Origin: Glycera tridactyla
Taxonomy: Eukaryota
Reading direction: 5' to 3'
Assembly: GCA_965644265.1 (NCBI GenBank)
Contig: OZ286460.1
Coordinates: forward strand, 98,456,001 to 98,520,000
DNA length: 64,000 nt
The first letter of the stretch is position 1. Each line of letters opens with the position of its first letter. Of the stretch, positions 1 through 14,385 are shown in pieces. The notes below the pieces were generated by a model, which made no database searches, was not told the origin of the DNA, and was given only the letters and a program-made list of their open reading frames with translations. The position numbers and the translations under genes were made by a program.

Positions 1-351
1 CATTAAAGGCCAATAACTCCTTCAAAAATGATTCAATCACAAAACATTGACAATATGCACTGCAGAACCTTATGATGATCATTCTGTGAAAGTTTGGTGG
101 AAATTGCATGTAAAATGAATGAGGAGTTGCGCAGCCAATAACTCACATGAAAAATTCAAAGGCCAATAACATCCCAAAAAATAATCTCATCATGAAACCC
201 TGACAATATGCACTGCATAACCTTATGATGATCATTCTGTGAAAGTTTGGTGAAAATCGACTGTAAAATGAAGGAGGAGTTGCGCAGCCAAGAAAGTGTG
301 ACGGACGGCCACTATTTCAATACCCCTACGCCTTTTGGCGAGGGATGATTA
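1..351 (+). mobile_element. 3' part of a HINE/pearl-type element with 153-bp core repeats
   Basis: AAAGGCCAATAAC at 5 and 158, then GACGGACGG and a terminal hairpin CCCTACGCC-TTTT-GGCGAGGG. Confidence 0.72.
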
Positions 352-3300
352 GCTTGATCCATACCCATCGCTGCAAGCTTGAGTTATTGTGCGGAATGCA
401 AAAATCTGGAAATCTAAAAACATCACCTGTGATCTGGACCTTTGGCCTAGGGTCACATGCTGTTGAAGAAGGATGTCCCATATCAGTTTGGTCCATATCC
501 ACCAATGCTGGATTGGATTATTGTGTGAGATGTGAATATCTAAAAATAGTTCCAGTGACCTTGAGTTTTGACAGGAAGTGTTGAGATGAAATATTCCTCT
601 AGAATCAGGATCAGACAATGGCTAACAGTGGAATTGAATAGCAGTACATGAATCTCAGTCTCAACCTCCTCTAACAACATATTCAAGCTGAACTGATAAA
701 AGTCCATCCAAGCGGTAAATGTCAACTTAGTTGATGACAGTTGTATAACTCATGAAGATGGCCCTGCTGAAATGGAATGGGAAGTATTTAAAATGATCAA
801 ACAATCATTCAGAAAGAAAACTACTTTGAGGCCCTAGAGGCAAGAAGCATACCAGAAAAAAGGTCATCTGTTGGAGAACGGTTTGGACCTTTCGTAAAGA
901 GGGCCACCTGCACATAATATATGTGATGGATCTTGACCAATATTTCAAACAGAAAGAGAAAACTTATTTCAGGGGATCACAAAACAAGAAAGCAATTCTG
1001 AGATCTGAAAGTGACACAAAAGTGAAAACATAGAAAGAAACTATAGTTAAAAGAGAATAGGAAGTAACCTTCATAGCATGCACTGAAGTGAGATCAGTGT
1101 CAACTTCTGATCATACAAAAGATTGATTGGATGTTTGGTCAATGATTGATTGATTGATGATTGATTGATTGATTATAAATGCTGTGTGTATCGGATCTAT
1201 GAGATTTCCTGAGTGCCACTCAATCTTGGAAACAACGTTTCTGAATAAGGCACCATTTGTGAGACAAGGGAATATTCAAAGATCAAACAATACACAAAAA
1301 TGCTTCCCCGCCAATGTTGATTAAGTGCACTAACCTGATATCTCTCATCGACAAGTTGTAAATTACACATCAGATTTTGCAACAGTTTGCAATGAATTCA
1401 ATTGTATTATATACAAGATACACCAATGCCATCAGTAATTAGTTGTTTGTCCAATGAATACTGGATGAATTCTTACTCGTGATGTCATCATTGAACAGTG
1501 GAGCCTGCAGTGAGGAAGACTGCGATGAGGAATTACATGTGATGAGCAAGCGTTTTTTCTGGAACACATTTCTATCCTTTCATTGTAGATAATCCTGTCT
1601 TGAGGTACCAAATTGATAAAAAAAAAAACAAGTTTCTTGCTCATTGCAGCTTCCAATGTATGCGTCAATGAAAAATCTGGGTTGGTCAAATTGATGTATC
1701 AGCCAGTGAAATTTTGAGAATAGATGGCCAAATTGGGCCATGGATTGGAATGGTAATCTCTCAAACTCAGACAGGTTGGTTTCCGACACCACTACCTTCA
1801 AGGTCTTGATGGACAATGAACACCTTAATCTGACCTCAGATAAAATCTCAAAAGGGTATCTGTAAGCTGTGATAGTGGTGCAGGCATAATGGTTCCAATC
1901 ACAGATACATCTTCTTCACAATTTCTGCTCTAATACAAGATATCAAAATATTCAGTGCAAATTTAAGTGAACACTGGGGAATATCATTGGGATTTACCAG
2001 CAGATCAGTAGCTTGTGCATGTGCACACATGTACGGGTCTTTTGGTCACATTGAAGGGGTCGCCATGTACCAGTTCACCTTTTATAAGTACTTTTTTTAG
2101 CACAATGCATAAAGTCTGGATATCTCTGCTTATACAAGATAATATGGTACTGCAATCTACATACAGAAAGCCAGGGGTAAATACATCTCCCTAATTGTAG
2201 ATACAGAATACATTGAGTGCATGTCATATGATTGTTAAATGTATCCTACACGTACAACATATGGGCAACACTTGAATTTGCAATGACACATTCCACTACT
2301 ACTCCTTTTTTGATACGTGATACATCATAAATTGTGTAATATACATTTTTGAAATAATTTTGCCTGGGTCTCAATTAATCCTGCCAGGGTTGAAGAGAAT
2401 TCACGCTCTACACATTCAATCTCACAAACTTTGAGTGCAAGATGATAGGAATCAAAATGTTTGTCTAGTTGAAGTAGCTGTCGATTCCGACACATCTTGA
2501 CCTACATACAATGATACAAATGAATTGCTGACGAAAAGCACTGACATGGGTGAGTTGGTCGACAGGAGAGCACATAATATTGACATAAAACATTATGAAC
2601 ATTCATTACTCGCCATATCATGGGTATACTGTAATAGATCAAATATGATGGAAAAGGAACCCAAATTAATCAAGAGTGGATATGTGTGATCAGTTATGAC
2701 TGCAAACCAATCACAAAACATCATCATTGAGCCACAACTTGTAGAAACATATTGTTTCATGACCCTGACTTTGTGAACCAAATCAGCAACTTCCAAGTTT
2801 TCTTGATAAACTTCCCTGATCACCTTCTGATACTTCTATACAGCGAAGTTAATGCCATCAACTTCCCTGACCAAGTTCTTCTTATTCTATACAGGAATTC
2901 AAATAGCAGCCAGCAGATTGGCCGACAGAAAAGTATGTGAACAAATGATCTCAAGTCACAAAACACATCAGTCCTTTTTTTGTCCAGCATTTTTTGTCCA
3001 GCCATGAATTCTGACAGAATCTTCCTTATCTTGCGTTACTTGGTCAGTTATAACATCCTGAACAATGCCAACATATTAAATGTAAATAAAATTCAAACAG
3101 GTTGATCAATAGAAGTTAAGGATATTCCAGAGATTCTTATGAATACTGAAACTGAAGTCATTTTGATGAGGCGTGAAATGGGGTAATTTTGAGGACAGGT
3201 GAGTAATCTAATTAGTGCAGAAGCAGTGATCTGATTGGTTAATTCAAATTCAATCAGGTAGATCAAATCAATTCTTGTCCATACTGGAAAATGCAGGGAT

Positions 3301-4404
3301 AAAATCGGTTTGATATACGGACAATATTTTTCCCTCGAGATCTGGATGACTCTCCAAACTCCTGCAATACACTTTCAGATTGCAATGAGAGCTGCGAGGG
3401 ATCTTCCAAACAGAGCTAATCAGACCAACAAATTTCATTGGTCATACATGGTGAATCTCATGATCACATGGATCCCTGATCTCATAAATCTTATATGTTT
3501 GAATAAATGTACCCGACCCTTCTTGACTACCACAGAAGCACATCCCATAACAGATACACCTCGTGGGGAACCCTCTTGTTGTTTTTAAGAACAGATCCCC
3601 CCCCCCCCCCCCCCCCCCGATACAACCCTGTTACGGATCATTTGACAATGATTTCCCAGATGTATAAAACAGAGATGTGATTAGCAAACAATCGAAAAAC
3701 CCTGAAACCCTGACTGGCGATTTTTTGTGGGCCGAGAAACCCTACTGGCCACTATAGCTCCATACAAACACTATGCTCTATTTCCACTAATATTGGTCCG
3801 ATTTTCTTGATTTGAACTCCAGAATAATCACCACAAAATGCTCTGCTCTGTCCTATGCATGTATTTCTGCATTTGTGATCAAAGACACAATCTGTGTATC
3901 TACGGAAATATGATATCCATGATGAAAACAAGGGGACTGCATTGCAAGTTGGTGTCCACTGTCATGCAGAGGTCACATGGTCACTGACCAGGCAGCGTTG
4001 ACCAGGATTACTGGTGACCGCGCAGCACTGGCCTGGATTAGCATGGCTGTCACTAATGAAGCCAAGTTCAGCCACCAGCTCTGCAGACTCAACTTGACAT
4101 TTTCAGAGAAGGCACATGATGCAGTTACAATCACAGGAAAGTCTGAGATTTTCCTCAAAAACTGTGTGGATTAGTCATGATTTCAACATTCCACCAGAAC
4201 CTGATCTTGAAGTAGTTTGAATAATATAATACACATATGATAAAATTCTTCATCCCCACATCATCAGAGACACCAGGTGATGGAGCTGTGTGGAGAGACT
4301 TTCAAGAGGTGGACGATAGTGAAATGAGGCACATATATCTTATCACCTCTCACAAAATACAAATTAACTATTCATACAAGAGAAAAGCAAAGAAGAGTCA
4401 ATTA

Positions 4405-4695
4405 TCAGATTTAGGAGTCAATGATAGCAATACTTATGGTTTTCATGTCATCACAACTTGTCAGACTTTGTATCCAATATAAGCATCATGTATGATTACA
4501 GTTCTTTTTTATTACAGCTTGACAGATTTAGGTGTGAATGAAAGCAGTACTTATAATTATGGCTCTTAATCTAACTCAACATATCAGATTTAGGAGTCAA
4601 TGAAAGCAGTAATTGTGATTGCAATTTTTTTTTTTGCAGTAGAGGTCAACAGATCTAAGAGTCAATGGAAGCAGTACTTATGACAATGGCTCTTA
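4405..4695 (+). repeat. Degenerate minisatellite
   Basis: CAGATTTAGGAGTCAATGAAAGCAGTA-like motif near 4405, 4523, 4584 and 4650. Confidence 0.7.
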
Positions 4696-7600
4696 GTTAC
4701 TTAGTTTGAGTACAGTTTCAACTAGCCTGAGAAAGCCCAGTCTTGTATACAAGCAAATCATTGGGTTAAAGCGTGGCTAATTTCTACAGAGAGAAGAAGA
4801 ACGGATACAGCGATGATCGATAATAATGATGACTGTGGACGATGGTCATGATGATCACCAGAATAGATATACAACTCCCAACAATAATCCATAATATTTC
4901 CTCATAGGTAGATCCTTTGCTGAGATAATGAAAAAAAAAATGTCTGTTAGTGCCATCGACTGACTGGAAAAAGGAGATTGGAATAGTATCCCTTGTAACA
5001 AAAAAAATGCTGCACAAATTCATAATACGGTTAAGAGTTTTCCTTCCCTAAAAAAAGGGGGGTAAAAAGGACACATATTAACATCATAGATCACAAATAT
5101 AACAACTATCGGGACTCTCTGTTCCACAAATGTAAACCCCTCCAGTATTGTAGCTTTAGCACATGTTAATTAACAGAAGGATGGTGCTCTGTGAGCAAGC
5201 ATGCAGGAGTGCTCAGTTGCTGGCTGGGACATGACACAAGGTCAGATGTCAAGGTCAGGGTCAGTACATGCAGAAGTACAAGCGAAACCACTGTCCTCGC
5301 CCTTCTTGGGTCACACTATATGAAGGTCAACCAGGTTCTTATGGCTCCTCATCAACCAGAGAGAATGCTGCGCTGTGCCAAATTATGGAATTTGAGGTGA
5401 ATATCAGGACAAGCAAATTTCAAATATATCTCTCCTCAAACTTTTAAAATCATACAGTGTTCACGAAGTCCTCCCCTTATGATTGAATCTTACCACCAAG
5501 AGTATTTGAAAAAAGGACATTTCTTAAAGAGTGTTATAGCATTTATTTCACTCCATGTGACATTGGATAACAGCACTTTTCTACAGGCATAACTGTAGGT
5601 GAAGCTCAAGCTACATAAACAGTCAAACTGCCTGATGGGGCACCAAACTAGAACAGTGTGCCTACCAAACAGACAGCTTCATGATGGTAATTTGGTAGAT
5701 TTTGATTGTGGGAGATATGGTCCCTGGACCGCCACATGCTGAGTTAAAATGAAAAATCTTATCAATATTATCCCATGGAAGAAGCCAGGTGACCAATTGC
5801 GAGAAATGGAAGGTGAAAACTTCACCTTGCCCACCAGAAGAAAACCTGAAGTTAAGAGTTGAATGTCACGACCTTCAACAGATGACAGCAGTTTTCAATG
5901 TGTCTAAGAGCACTCAGATTCACACACTGTTGCGTTTGTTGCCACAGTATATAAACACCTGCAACAACTTCCAACCATTCAAAAGTCGGTGAATTCGAAC
6001 ATGAGGAATAACTCAACGCAAGTCAATATGTTATGAGAACAAAACAAAGTGAATTTTGAAGTTCACATTTGAATAGAACACTAATAATAGAAATATATGT
6101 CATGGAAGTAAACAGAATTTTAATTTTGCAACAGAAAACAGCACAAACTTGTGTAAGTGATATTTTTCCAAGCATTTAGAATTAGAATTAGAATCTGAAT
6201 GGGGAGGAAAAACTGACTAATTGATGACTGAATCGCTGACTAGATGGACAGCAAGATCAATAGCACCTCAAGAGCTACAGAAATGCATATTATAGCACAT
6301 AATATTGTCCCTCGATGATTATGTGTCATGAGGGCCATTTCATCAAATGTCATAAATGACCTTCTTGGCGATATTAGTTAACCTCAAACATGATCTTTAT
6401 ACATTCTATTCCAGGTCTCATTTCACACTAGCCAGGCACGCATGTCATATAATGTGACACAAGAATAGAAAGGCAATAATAAAACACCACAATGGGTCTA
6501 GGTCAAGGTCAGGGACATTCATGGGGCTATTACCTTTTCTGGAACCTAAAATAATATGGGTGTGACAACAAAACAAAAGATTTGCAATATAAAATTGGTG
6601 CAAAGCAACTAAAATAAAATCATTCGCGGTGAAAATAAACATCAATATAATGCTATCTCAGATAAATATGTGCTACATCATCCAACATTCAAAGTTTCAT
6701 TCAAAAATACATCTTTATTATCTTTTCACAAAAGAAATCACCTAAATCTACTATCCTGGCTCATAATGAGTTTCTCCGACATGTCTTGATAATTTTCACC
6801 ATAACTGCATGGATTATTTCGAGAATCATGCAGTAACAGGAGTTATCCAGCCATTGAAAGCTTCTCGAAAAGATTACAGACAATTTGACTGTCGAGTGAT
6901 GAAATCAACTGCGCATTATTCTGAAATACATGGACAAACTACTTCCCGAATCCACCTCCAAATAGGACCTCTTCAATCCAGTCTCAAGAAGCAATACACA
7001 TGAAGAGCACTCAGGATTCTCTAAAACGCAAATATTTCATCTATCCTGAATGACGAGATCAAGAGAAGTACAAGTAACCAATCATGGGAGAGATCATCTG
7101 ATCCAGGATAGCATTATCCAGCTCAAGAAACATAAATCACTAATCTAGAGAAATGAGAAGTTTAACCCATCGTCACACGAGTCGACAAAGTAAAACCATT
7201 GTACATTGTGCTTGTTCTTCATTCCAGTTTTTTGGATCATTATAATTCAAGTTTCCTCAAAGTAAAAATAAAGTACAAAATCAAATCAGTCTTGTACAAC
7301 CACAGAATCCACAATATTTTGTACACCATATTCTTCATCCATCAGACTTATCAGTACCAAGGTTATCAGAATCATCATCTCGGAGAATATTCAGTCCTTG
7401 ACTTTTATGAGTGTGTTTCACATCTCAAAATACCCTCAGTTCCTCATTTCCTCCAACTCTCATATGTCTAACTATTCTTGAATAACAAGATAATTTCACA
7501 AATCCTCTGACTATTTCCTGGGGGGAAGGGGGTTACCTTGCATATTGAAATACAAGTTGTTGACTGTAGTTTCGCGTTATACTAGTTATGTGATCCAACA

Positions 7601-10600
7601 ATGCACAATCACATCTGAGAATTACGCAACCAAGAAGCCAAAATATAATGGATAGTTTCTTGACATGTAATTTGCTGACATGGTGATTTATCAGTGAAAC
7701 ATTGCTTTCAGTTCAGTCAATTCTTATCAAATATAAATGCCTCAAAAGCATTCCTTATGACTGAATTCAAACTTCCTATTATATCTCCCACTATGGGTCA
7801 GCAATTGTGCTCTGACACTGGTTGCAAAAGTGATGATCGATGATGTGCATGCGTGTAAATGAAGTTTTCAATTCAAATCAAACCCCACCTTTTTCATCCT
7901 TGTTAACCATGGATGAATAGGAGATGGCCAAATGTTTTCCAATCCTCTAATTGAATGCCATCAGTGGGTGCAATTGGGCAGGGATCTGTGGGCAGCCTTG
8001 CAGCTCCATACCATACCCAAGCCCCAATTATACCTCCCTTTACATGTCACATCATTTAAGGGCAATTACATGTAAAAGTTTTTCAGTTGTTTTTTAGGGG
8101 AGGGGGGTTGCAGATTGGACGCCCAAAAGTCCGGGATTCAAGGAAAGGACGTTAGATGTCGACGAACTATTCAACAGTACAATTTGTTCAGATACACACA
8201 CTGTAAGACACTGTTGGTACAGATTCATATGAAAAAAATTCATATTCATTTCTACAGTGATTAAAAACCTGAGAACAATTTGGATTGAGATCATACTACA
8301 AACTGTAATTTCGTATGCCCACAGAGACAATGAGGGTGATGATTTTAAAAAAAGCTCCAGAATAAAGTCTTTAAGCCAAATGATGGAAGCATTGGCCCAT
8401 GGCTTCTAGCTATGGCTGCTGGACACTCAGAATATGTATGATACTGCCTCAGATGCCATATGATGGCGAAGTGGCTATTTTCCGGCATCCTTTGCTTATC
8501 TATATCTATCAAAGCCTGGCATGTGCTTTCATTAGGAATGAGCCATGTGGTGAGAAACGAACAACTCGGAGAGTGCGGTCTCACCACCAGGCAATGCATA
8601 ATGTGCATTGGTTTTGCTTTGTTCAAAGCACCACATTTCTCAACTACTCAACAAAATCAAGCAGGTACTGGCAATTCTCAGAGATGGTATTGTGATTCAC
8701 TGAGCGTGACTGCAAATACAGACAAAGAAAAACAAGTGTACAAAGAATTGCAAATAAGTTGTGGTAATGATTTTACCACAGATAATCAGCAAATATATAT
8801 ATGTATACAAAGTCCTGAATATAAATCAAGGTGAAGGAAAAAACAAAAGTCCGTGGCAATTTATTTTTAGTACTTACAACATTTTTTGTACTTACTATGT
8901 GCCGAATTTGTGTGACAATATCATGTCATGAGTCAACCCCCAAGTGACAATGGGTTAACATAATTTTTATCGTTACAACTATTATTACTTTTTCCAGAGG
9001 AGACTAAATGAGAGAGAGAGGGAAAAGAAAGAAAACAGTTGAGTGCATCGACATTGAAATTTAAGAGGTACCAATATTCCACAGTACTAAAGATGTGATT
9101 TTTTTTATATAAAGTGACAATTTCTAACATAAAGTTTGGGTGAAATTCAGGCAATCGCTCAACCTCTCCCACCTCCATCATCATTTCTAGTTGCATGAAA
9201 TTGAATTCATGTGATTCTGAAAAGCAAGAGTGAAGTGATGGAAAAGAAGTCCTGTGAACTGAGTGACAGGTCACCACGCTGTCAACATAGGATGATCAAG
9301 AAGATCAATGCAGGCAAATATTCCCAAAGTGGATCCTTCATTTGATAAAAGTGAGCCGTATTCTGCTGAAAAGACAAGTCTGTCGGATTAGATGCGTCAC
9401 TTTCCGCAAAACCTATGAATACAAACCAAAATATCTAGATCTTTTTGTGGCTATCGAGTGTGACGTACATGTATATTTAGATCTTTGAATGATAGCACGC
9501 ACATACACAGATTCAGTGTTAGATTACACCAATCTGAAGGGGAGTCATCCTATTAAGGATGAGCAGTCAAATTTAGGGTTCATTTGCATCCGGTGTGTCT
9601 GTTTGGCAGAATACAGTAATCCAAAAAAAAAATCATTGAACAGAAACCAATACAAGCAGATTCATTTGAACGACAATTTCTGAGTTTGGCCCCATAGAAT
9701 CACCCCCGTTTGACAGATTTGCCAAAAATGTTTCACTCAAGTTTTTCTAGTATTCACAAGCCTATTACCTCACTTGAGGAAGGTCTCACTGTCCTAACCA
9801 ATTCCTCTCATATCCAACCTTCAGCATGAAATATGGCTCCTCATTGTCCATCAGCATGATATGAACAAGCAGAATTTTGCGAAGGATAATTATATTACCA
9901 CCAAATACCTTCATATTCTCCCAAAAGCACAAAATTTGAAACTTTCAGTTTTATTAGATATTTCTTTCTTTCTAGGGAAAACAGTCATCATAGGAACATC
10001 ATTGTTACGTTCAGATCATCCACCTACGAAATCCAGCTTGATGTTGAACATCCGCTACACAAAATATTGAAAGAGCAATGTTGACAATGAAACACAATCA
10101 GGAGCATGATCAGGGTCATTAATTTCTTGGAGTGAAGTTTTATTTTTTTTCTTTATTTTTTATTTTTGGGGGGGGGGGGGGGATTTGTCAGGGGGAGGTC
10201 ATGGACCATAACATATCAAAATATTTGCTCATGAAGAGTAATCATAACTTCAAAATTGCAATGGTTGATATCCCTGTAAGGACCAAACATGATCAACTTT
10301 GGTCCTTCGATCGGAGTTCATTCTTTCCACCAGCATTTCAGCCATATGAGATCTTGGCCAATGTGTTACCATGTGAACACTGGATCAGTAAACATGGCCT
10401 TCACCGGTTCGGAGCCAATACGAATGGAACAAACTTGGTCCCACATTCAGGTTTATATTTTCTTGTGATCCTGCAATGTACATTAGTGAAATCATCAGGG
10501 TTCTCACAATCCCTCAAAGTGAAATTTTCTGATTTTTCGTTGAAATTTTCCTTGACTCAATTCCCATCTTTACTGGAATTCTGAGAGATATAATGATTCG

Positions 10601-11754
10601 AGTGCTCGTTCACTGCGGTATTATTGTAAATAAGTTACAAGTTTGGATGAAGCATGTTTGAATTTGAATTCAAGCTTTACTCTGAGAAATACAGCTGGAT
10701 CATTCAGCTGATCTGTTTCAGTACAATGAGAAGCAAATCATGTGAAGTAGCAGCCTTCTTATACCTTCGAAATGTCAGTCTCAAATATCCAGTCTGGGTT
10801 GAAAAGAGCAATCACTTAAATCAATCAATCAGAAAATCACACCTATTCTAAAGTTTCCGGACTTACCGACTGGAAAAAACATATTTGGAAAGTCTGGACA
10901 TTTTTTTTCACTCACAGGAAGCTTGGTTATGGGTGGGGTCTCATTCCACAGGATTATGTAAAAATCAATGTCATCACAATTTAACTATGATGATAAAAAG
11001 TGCTCTGAAATAGTCAAGCTCAGCATCAAACATAATCAATCAGAGCAAACCCATGCTACCACTCTCAGCAACACTACATGAAGGAAAAAAATCCAACATT
11101 TGTACACTGATGAACAAAATACAATTCCTTTCACCGATCAAGAGTCTTAGCCCTCTAGCTATGCTATGAGATACTACACTGATAGGAGAGAATTACTTTA
11201 GCAAGAACTCATAGTTTTCTAGTATAGAAATGACTACATCCCATATATGGTAACACAGCATGAAAATTTCATGAGGTCGAAAGAAAAATATGAACCCAAG
11301 GCATTAGCACAGATTGAGTGTGGCAATCACATTCAATAACATTGGGTTCATTCTTTTATAACAAAGATGAACTCTTCAAGATTGAAATCAAGAACTGATA
11401 ATAATTCCATGCATTTTATTAAATTCATGTACCTCTCTTACACAAGTACACAATTGAGCTTCCACAGCAATTGAATTTTATTCATATCCTTCAGATAGGC
11501 ACAAGTCATGAGCACTTGTCTATTGAGCTAGGAAACTAAAAACTGGAAAGTAAAAATCACTGACAATCTCTGACTATTTACATTTCTCATTCTCATGGTA
11601 CATTGTGAATCAATATGTTAAACAAGACACTCCCTCCACCATGAACAATAGCTTTAGATTGCATTGCTATGAATGTGCGAATACAAAATAAGCAAAAAAA
11701 TAAACCTGACATTCCCATTTTTGTGTTCCTAAAATCGTGATTGGACTCACTCAC

Positions 11755-11918
11755 CTTGTAGATACAGTAGCCCATCGTGAGGAGGTCTTTGCCTTCTTTG
11801 CGCATTGTGCGACGATTTTTCTGCATCAAAGCCACAATGATTGTGCCCATGTCGTCTTCATCATCTTCGTCAGCATCAACAACTTCAACACGATACTGCG
11901 GATTTGTCCAGAATGTGT
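11755..11918 (-). CDS. Calpain exon H (domain III/C2-like): DTFWTNPQYRVEVVDADEDDEDDMGTIIVALMQKNRR...MGYCIYK
   Basis: 164 nt, TTGCAG acceptor and GTGAGT donor. Contains TFWTNPQY, the acidic loop and the VALMQK.RR motif. Confidence 0.96.
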
Positions 11919-12644
11919 CTGCAAATGGATATCATATCTCAATCATAAACTGGAAATTCATTTGGCCCCCACATCCTTTTCAGACCATACAAGCACTACA
12001 CATGCGCATCTTCCAGGATACAGTGAAACCTGCGATGAGATCCCCAATGATAGACCACCTCCAAAAGGTGACTTCTTTTTCAGGGCAGCTTCCCTATCTG
12101 ACATAATCACATACACTGAGAGACCACTTCTTTCAAGATGGATGAGCCCACTTATGCCCATCGCATGGATGTCACAATATAGCACAAATGGAGCTGACGT
12201 GATTTTAAACCAGAACCAACCAACCAACCTCTCTCGAGACCACTTTTGCGACATTGCAGGTGGTGTTTCAACAACTTAATATCCATGATTTCATGATTGA
12301 TTGTAATCAAATTACTCGATCGACTGAGATAAGCTAAAACAATCAAAATAATGATGCCTAGGATATACTTTTTCAAGAAAAATTTGAAGTCAAAAGGAAT
12401 AAAATTGACAGAACTGAAACACAATTCAACTGAGTGAATCAATATCTGAGCGAATTGTGTCACCACCAATATCTACGAATCAAAAGTATGGGGCAAAAAT
12501 TTGAGAGTTTCAGATCTGACACCAAAGTATTCTTAGCAGGTGCCAAGCTGTTTGATAGACACTGGCAAGGAATTTGAAACCTTGCCTTGACCTTGTAAGA
12601 ATAGAGCACATCTTGCATGGGGTCATGACATTATAGGCACTCAC

Positions 12645-12814
12645 CAAGGTAGTTTCTGCATCCACCAGCATTGACCCGTTTCCGCCAGGATCCTTGAAGA
12701 TTGGTGGTTTCCCAATGTTTCTTGTCCTTTGATGATTCAGGATCTTGAGAATCGGGACCAAGATGGCAGATCTCTAACTTCTGGAAGTTTGTAGTGAAAT
12801 CCTGGAATGACATC
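12645..12814 (-). CDS. Calpain exon G: MSFQDFTTNFQKLEICHL...WETTNLQGSWRKRVNAGGCRNYL
   Basis: 170 nt, TTTCAG acceptor and GTGAGT donor. Covers the end of CysPc (MSF.DF...F.KLEIC.L) and the start of domain III (G.W....AGGCRN). Confidence 0.96.
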
Positions 12815-12831
12815 CTGAAACGACAGTAATA

Positions 12832-13219
12832 CAGTCAAACCTGTCCCTAAGCAGCATCCGTACCAACTGCCCACTCATCTCAAGCAGGGCTTTACGCTAA
12901 GGGTTGCCTTACTGGCAAAGGCAGGCAGATTTGTCGTTAGTGCAGGTGATCTTATCAATCTGCCTTCCCGATGGACAGGTACTCCACCATTATTTAGGCT
13001 ATGAATATATGCAGGAGGGCAGGTGAAAATGACAGGGAGGGCAGGTGAAAATCCCACCTCACCTGCCAGAAGGACAGCTGAAGAAAAAGGTTAAGGTAGA
13101 GCCCTGCTAAGGAGTCGCATTTGACATTTTTCTCTGGAGATTTTTCATTATATTCCATCAGTCCTAAGCAGCCACTGTTTGCCCTTCCAAGGTGTGGCTA
13201 CTTCAAACTGGTTGGACTG
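12832..13219. mobile_element. Tc1/mariner-type MITE (TA TSD) interrupted by a hAT-like MITE
   Basis: TA-CAGTCAAACC ... GGTTGGACTG-TA. Confidence 0.7.
12885..13106. mobile_element. hAT-like MITE nested in a Tc1/mariner MITE
   Basis: TIRs CAGGGCTTTAC / GTAGAGCCCTG, degenerate flanks TCAAG / CTAAG. Confidence 0.75.
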
Positions 13220-13512
13220 TAACAGCGATAACACACAGTACGTGATCTCAGGATCAAATGCGAACATTGTGGGCATTCCAGGAATCATAGGACACCCCTT
13301 GTGTGGACTCACATTTAGTTCAACCCCAAAATTGCACACTCCTGTGATGCAGGAGGGGTTGAGCTGACTTGATAGCATGGCAAAGCGGTACCTCAATCAT
13401 GCATGGCGAGGTAGAACTAGGTGTGAATGGTTACTTGTTTTGTGAGATATGGTGATAATTCATACATATGATCAACACATTTCTACAGGCCTGTATGACT
13501 AGAGATGCATTA

Positions 13513-14044
13513 CTGTAGTGTCGCACGTACACGCGCAGTGAGCGAAATCGTGAGCAAACGTGGAAAACCGTCGTGCGCGTACGTCTGAACATGCGCGTAT
13601 AACAAATTCGTGCATGCGCACCTTCGCCGATAATCGCATAAACAAGCAGGTTACCAACATCTGGCAGCCATTTTGATAACTGAGGAAGAATATCAATTTT
13701 ATTTCTCCCATGATGCCTTGTGACCGCAAACCCTAGTCCCAACAGAACCGTCTGTGATCGTATATTTGTATGGCTCAAATAGAGAATGAGGTTGGGGTTG
13801 GAGGGAACAGGGTACGCACGATTAATATTTTTCAACATCTCCCATCATGCAATGCGCGAAAGAGACGGATACAATATGGCGATTTGTATACAACGATAAG
13901 TAAAAAGATCGCTTTCTCGTCCATTCTTTCATTTTTTGCGGCATTTCAACCACGATTTTTCGGGGGTGCGCGTATTGCATGATTCCAGCAAAACATGGGG
14001 GTGCGCGTTTGTCCAAACGTGCGCGTACACGCGCGATACTACAG
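13513..14044. mobile_element. Tc1/mariner-type MITE, CpG-rich
   Basis: TA-CTGTAGTGTCGCACGTACACGCGC ... GCGCGTACACGCGCGATACTACAG-TA. Confidence 0.82.
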
Positions 14045-14138
14045 TAATTTCCTGAATCGAATGATGAAAGATTCTGCCTAGCGGATTTGACTAATTTTGT
14101 CTGAGCACAAACATAAATGAAGTTTGAAATATACCCAC

Positions 14139-14216
14139 CAGAATTCTCCGTCATCATCAAAGGTCAGACCGATCTCTTTCCGCTGCTCATCGGAGATGAA
14201 TTTCCATTCTGGTGAC
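14139..14216 (-). CDS. Calpain exon F: SPEWKFISDEQRKEIGLTFDDDGEF(W)
   Basis: 78 nt, phase 2/2, read manually. CTTCAG acceptor and GTGGGT donor. Contains the DDGEFW motif. Confidence 0.95.
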
Positions 14217-14385
14217 CTGAAGGCAGACAAGGAACATAAAGATTTCAAGACCAGTTTACAAGAAGACTAAATATGGCACATAGGGTTCTCAACGGAGGAA
14301 TAGCCATTGAATTAACAACACTTTGCTTGTCCCAAATGCTGCAGATGGTGGCATCAACTTGGAATAAATATCTTTCACATCAGTA

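Noticed and set aside
600-3000. Protein-like but stop-interrupted frames (e.g. VIREVYQENLEVADLVHKVRVMKQ; VKMCRNRQLLQLDKHFDSYHLALK)
   Set aside because: No recognisable domain and no calpain motifs. It may be a decayed element, but this needs blastx before any claim.
11737-12279. 180-aa plus-strand ORF and other ORFs overlapping calpain exons (35438-35794, 37899-38192)
   Set aside because: These are antisense shadows of real exons plus MITE sequence.
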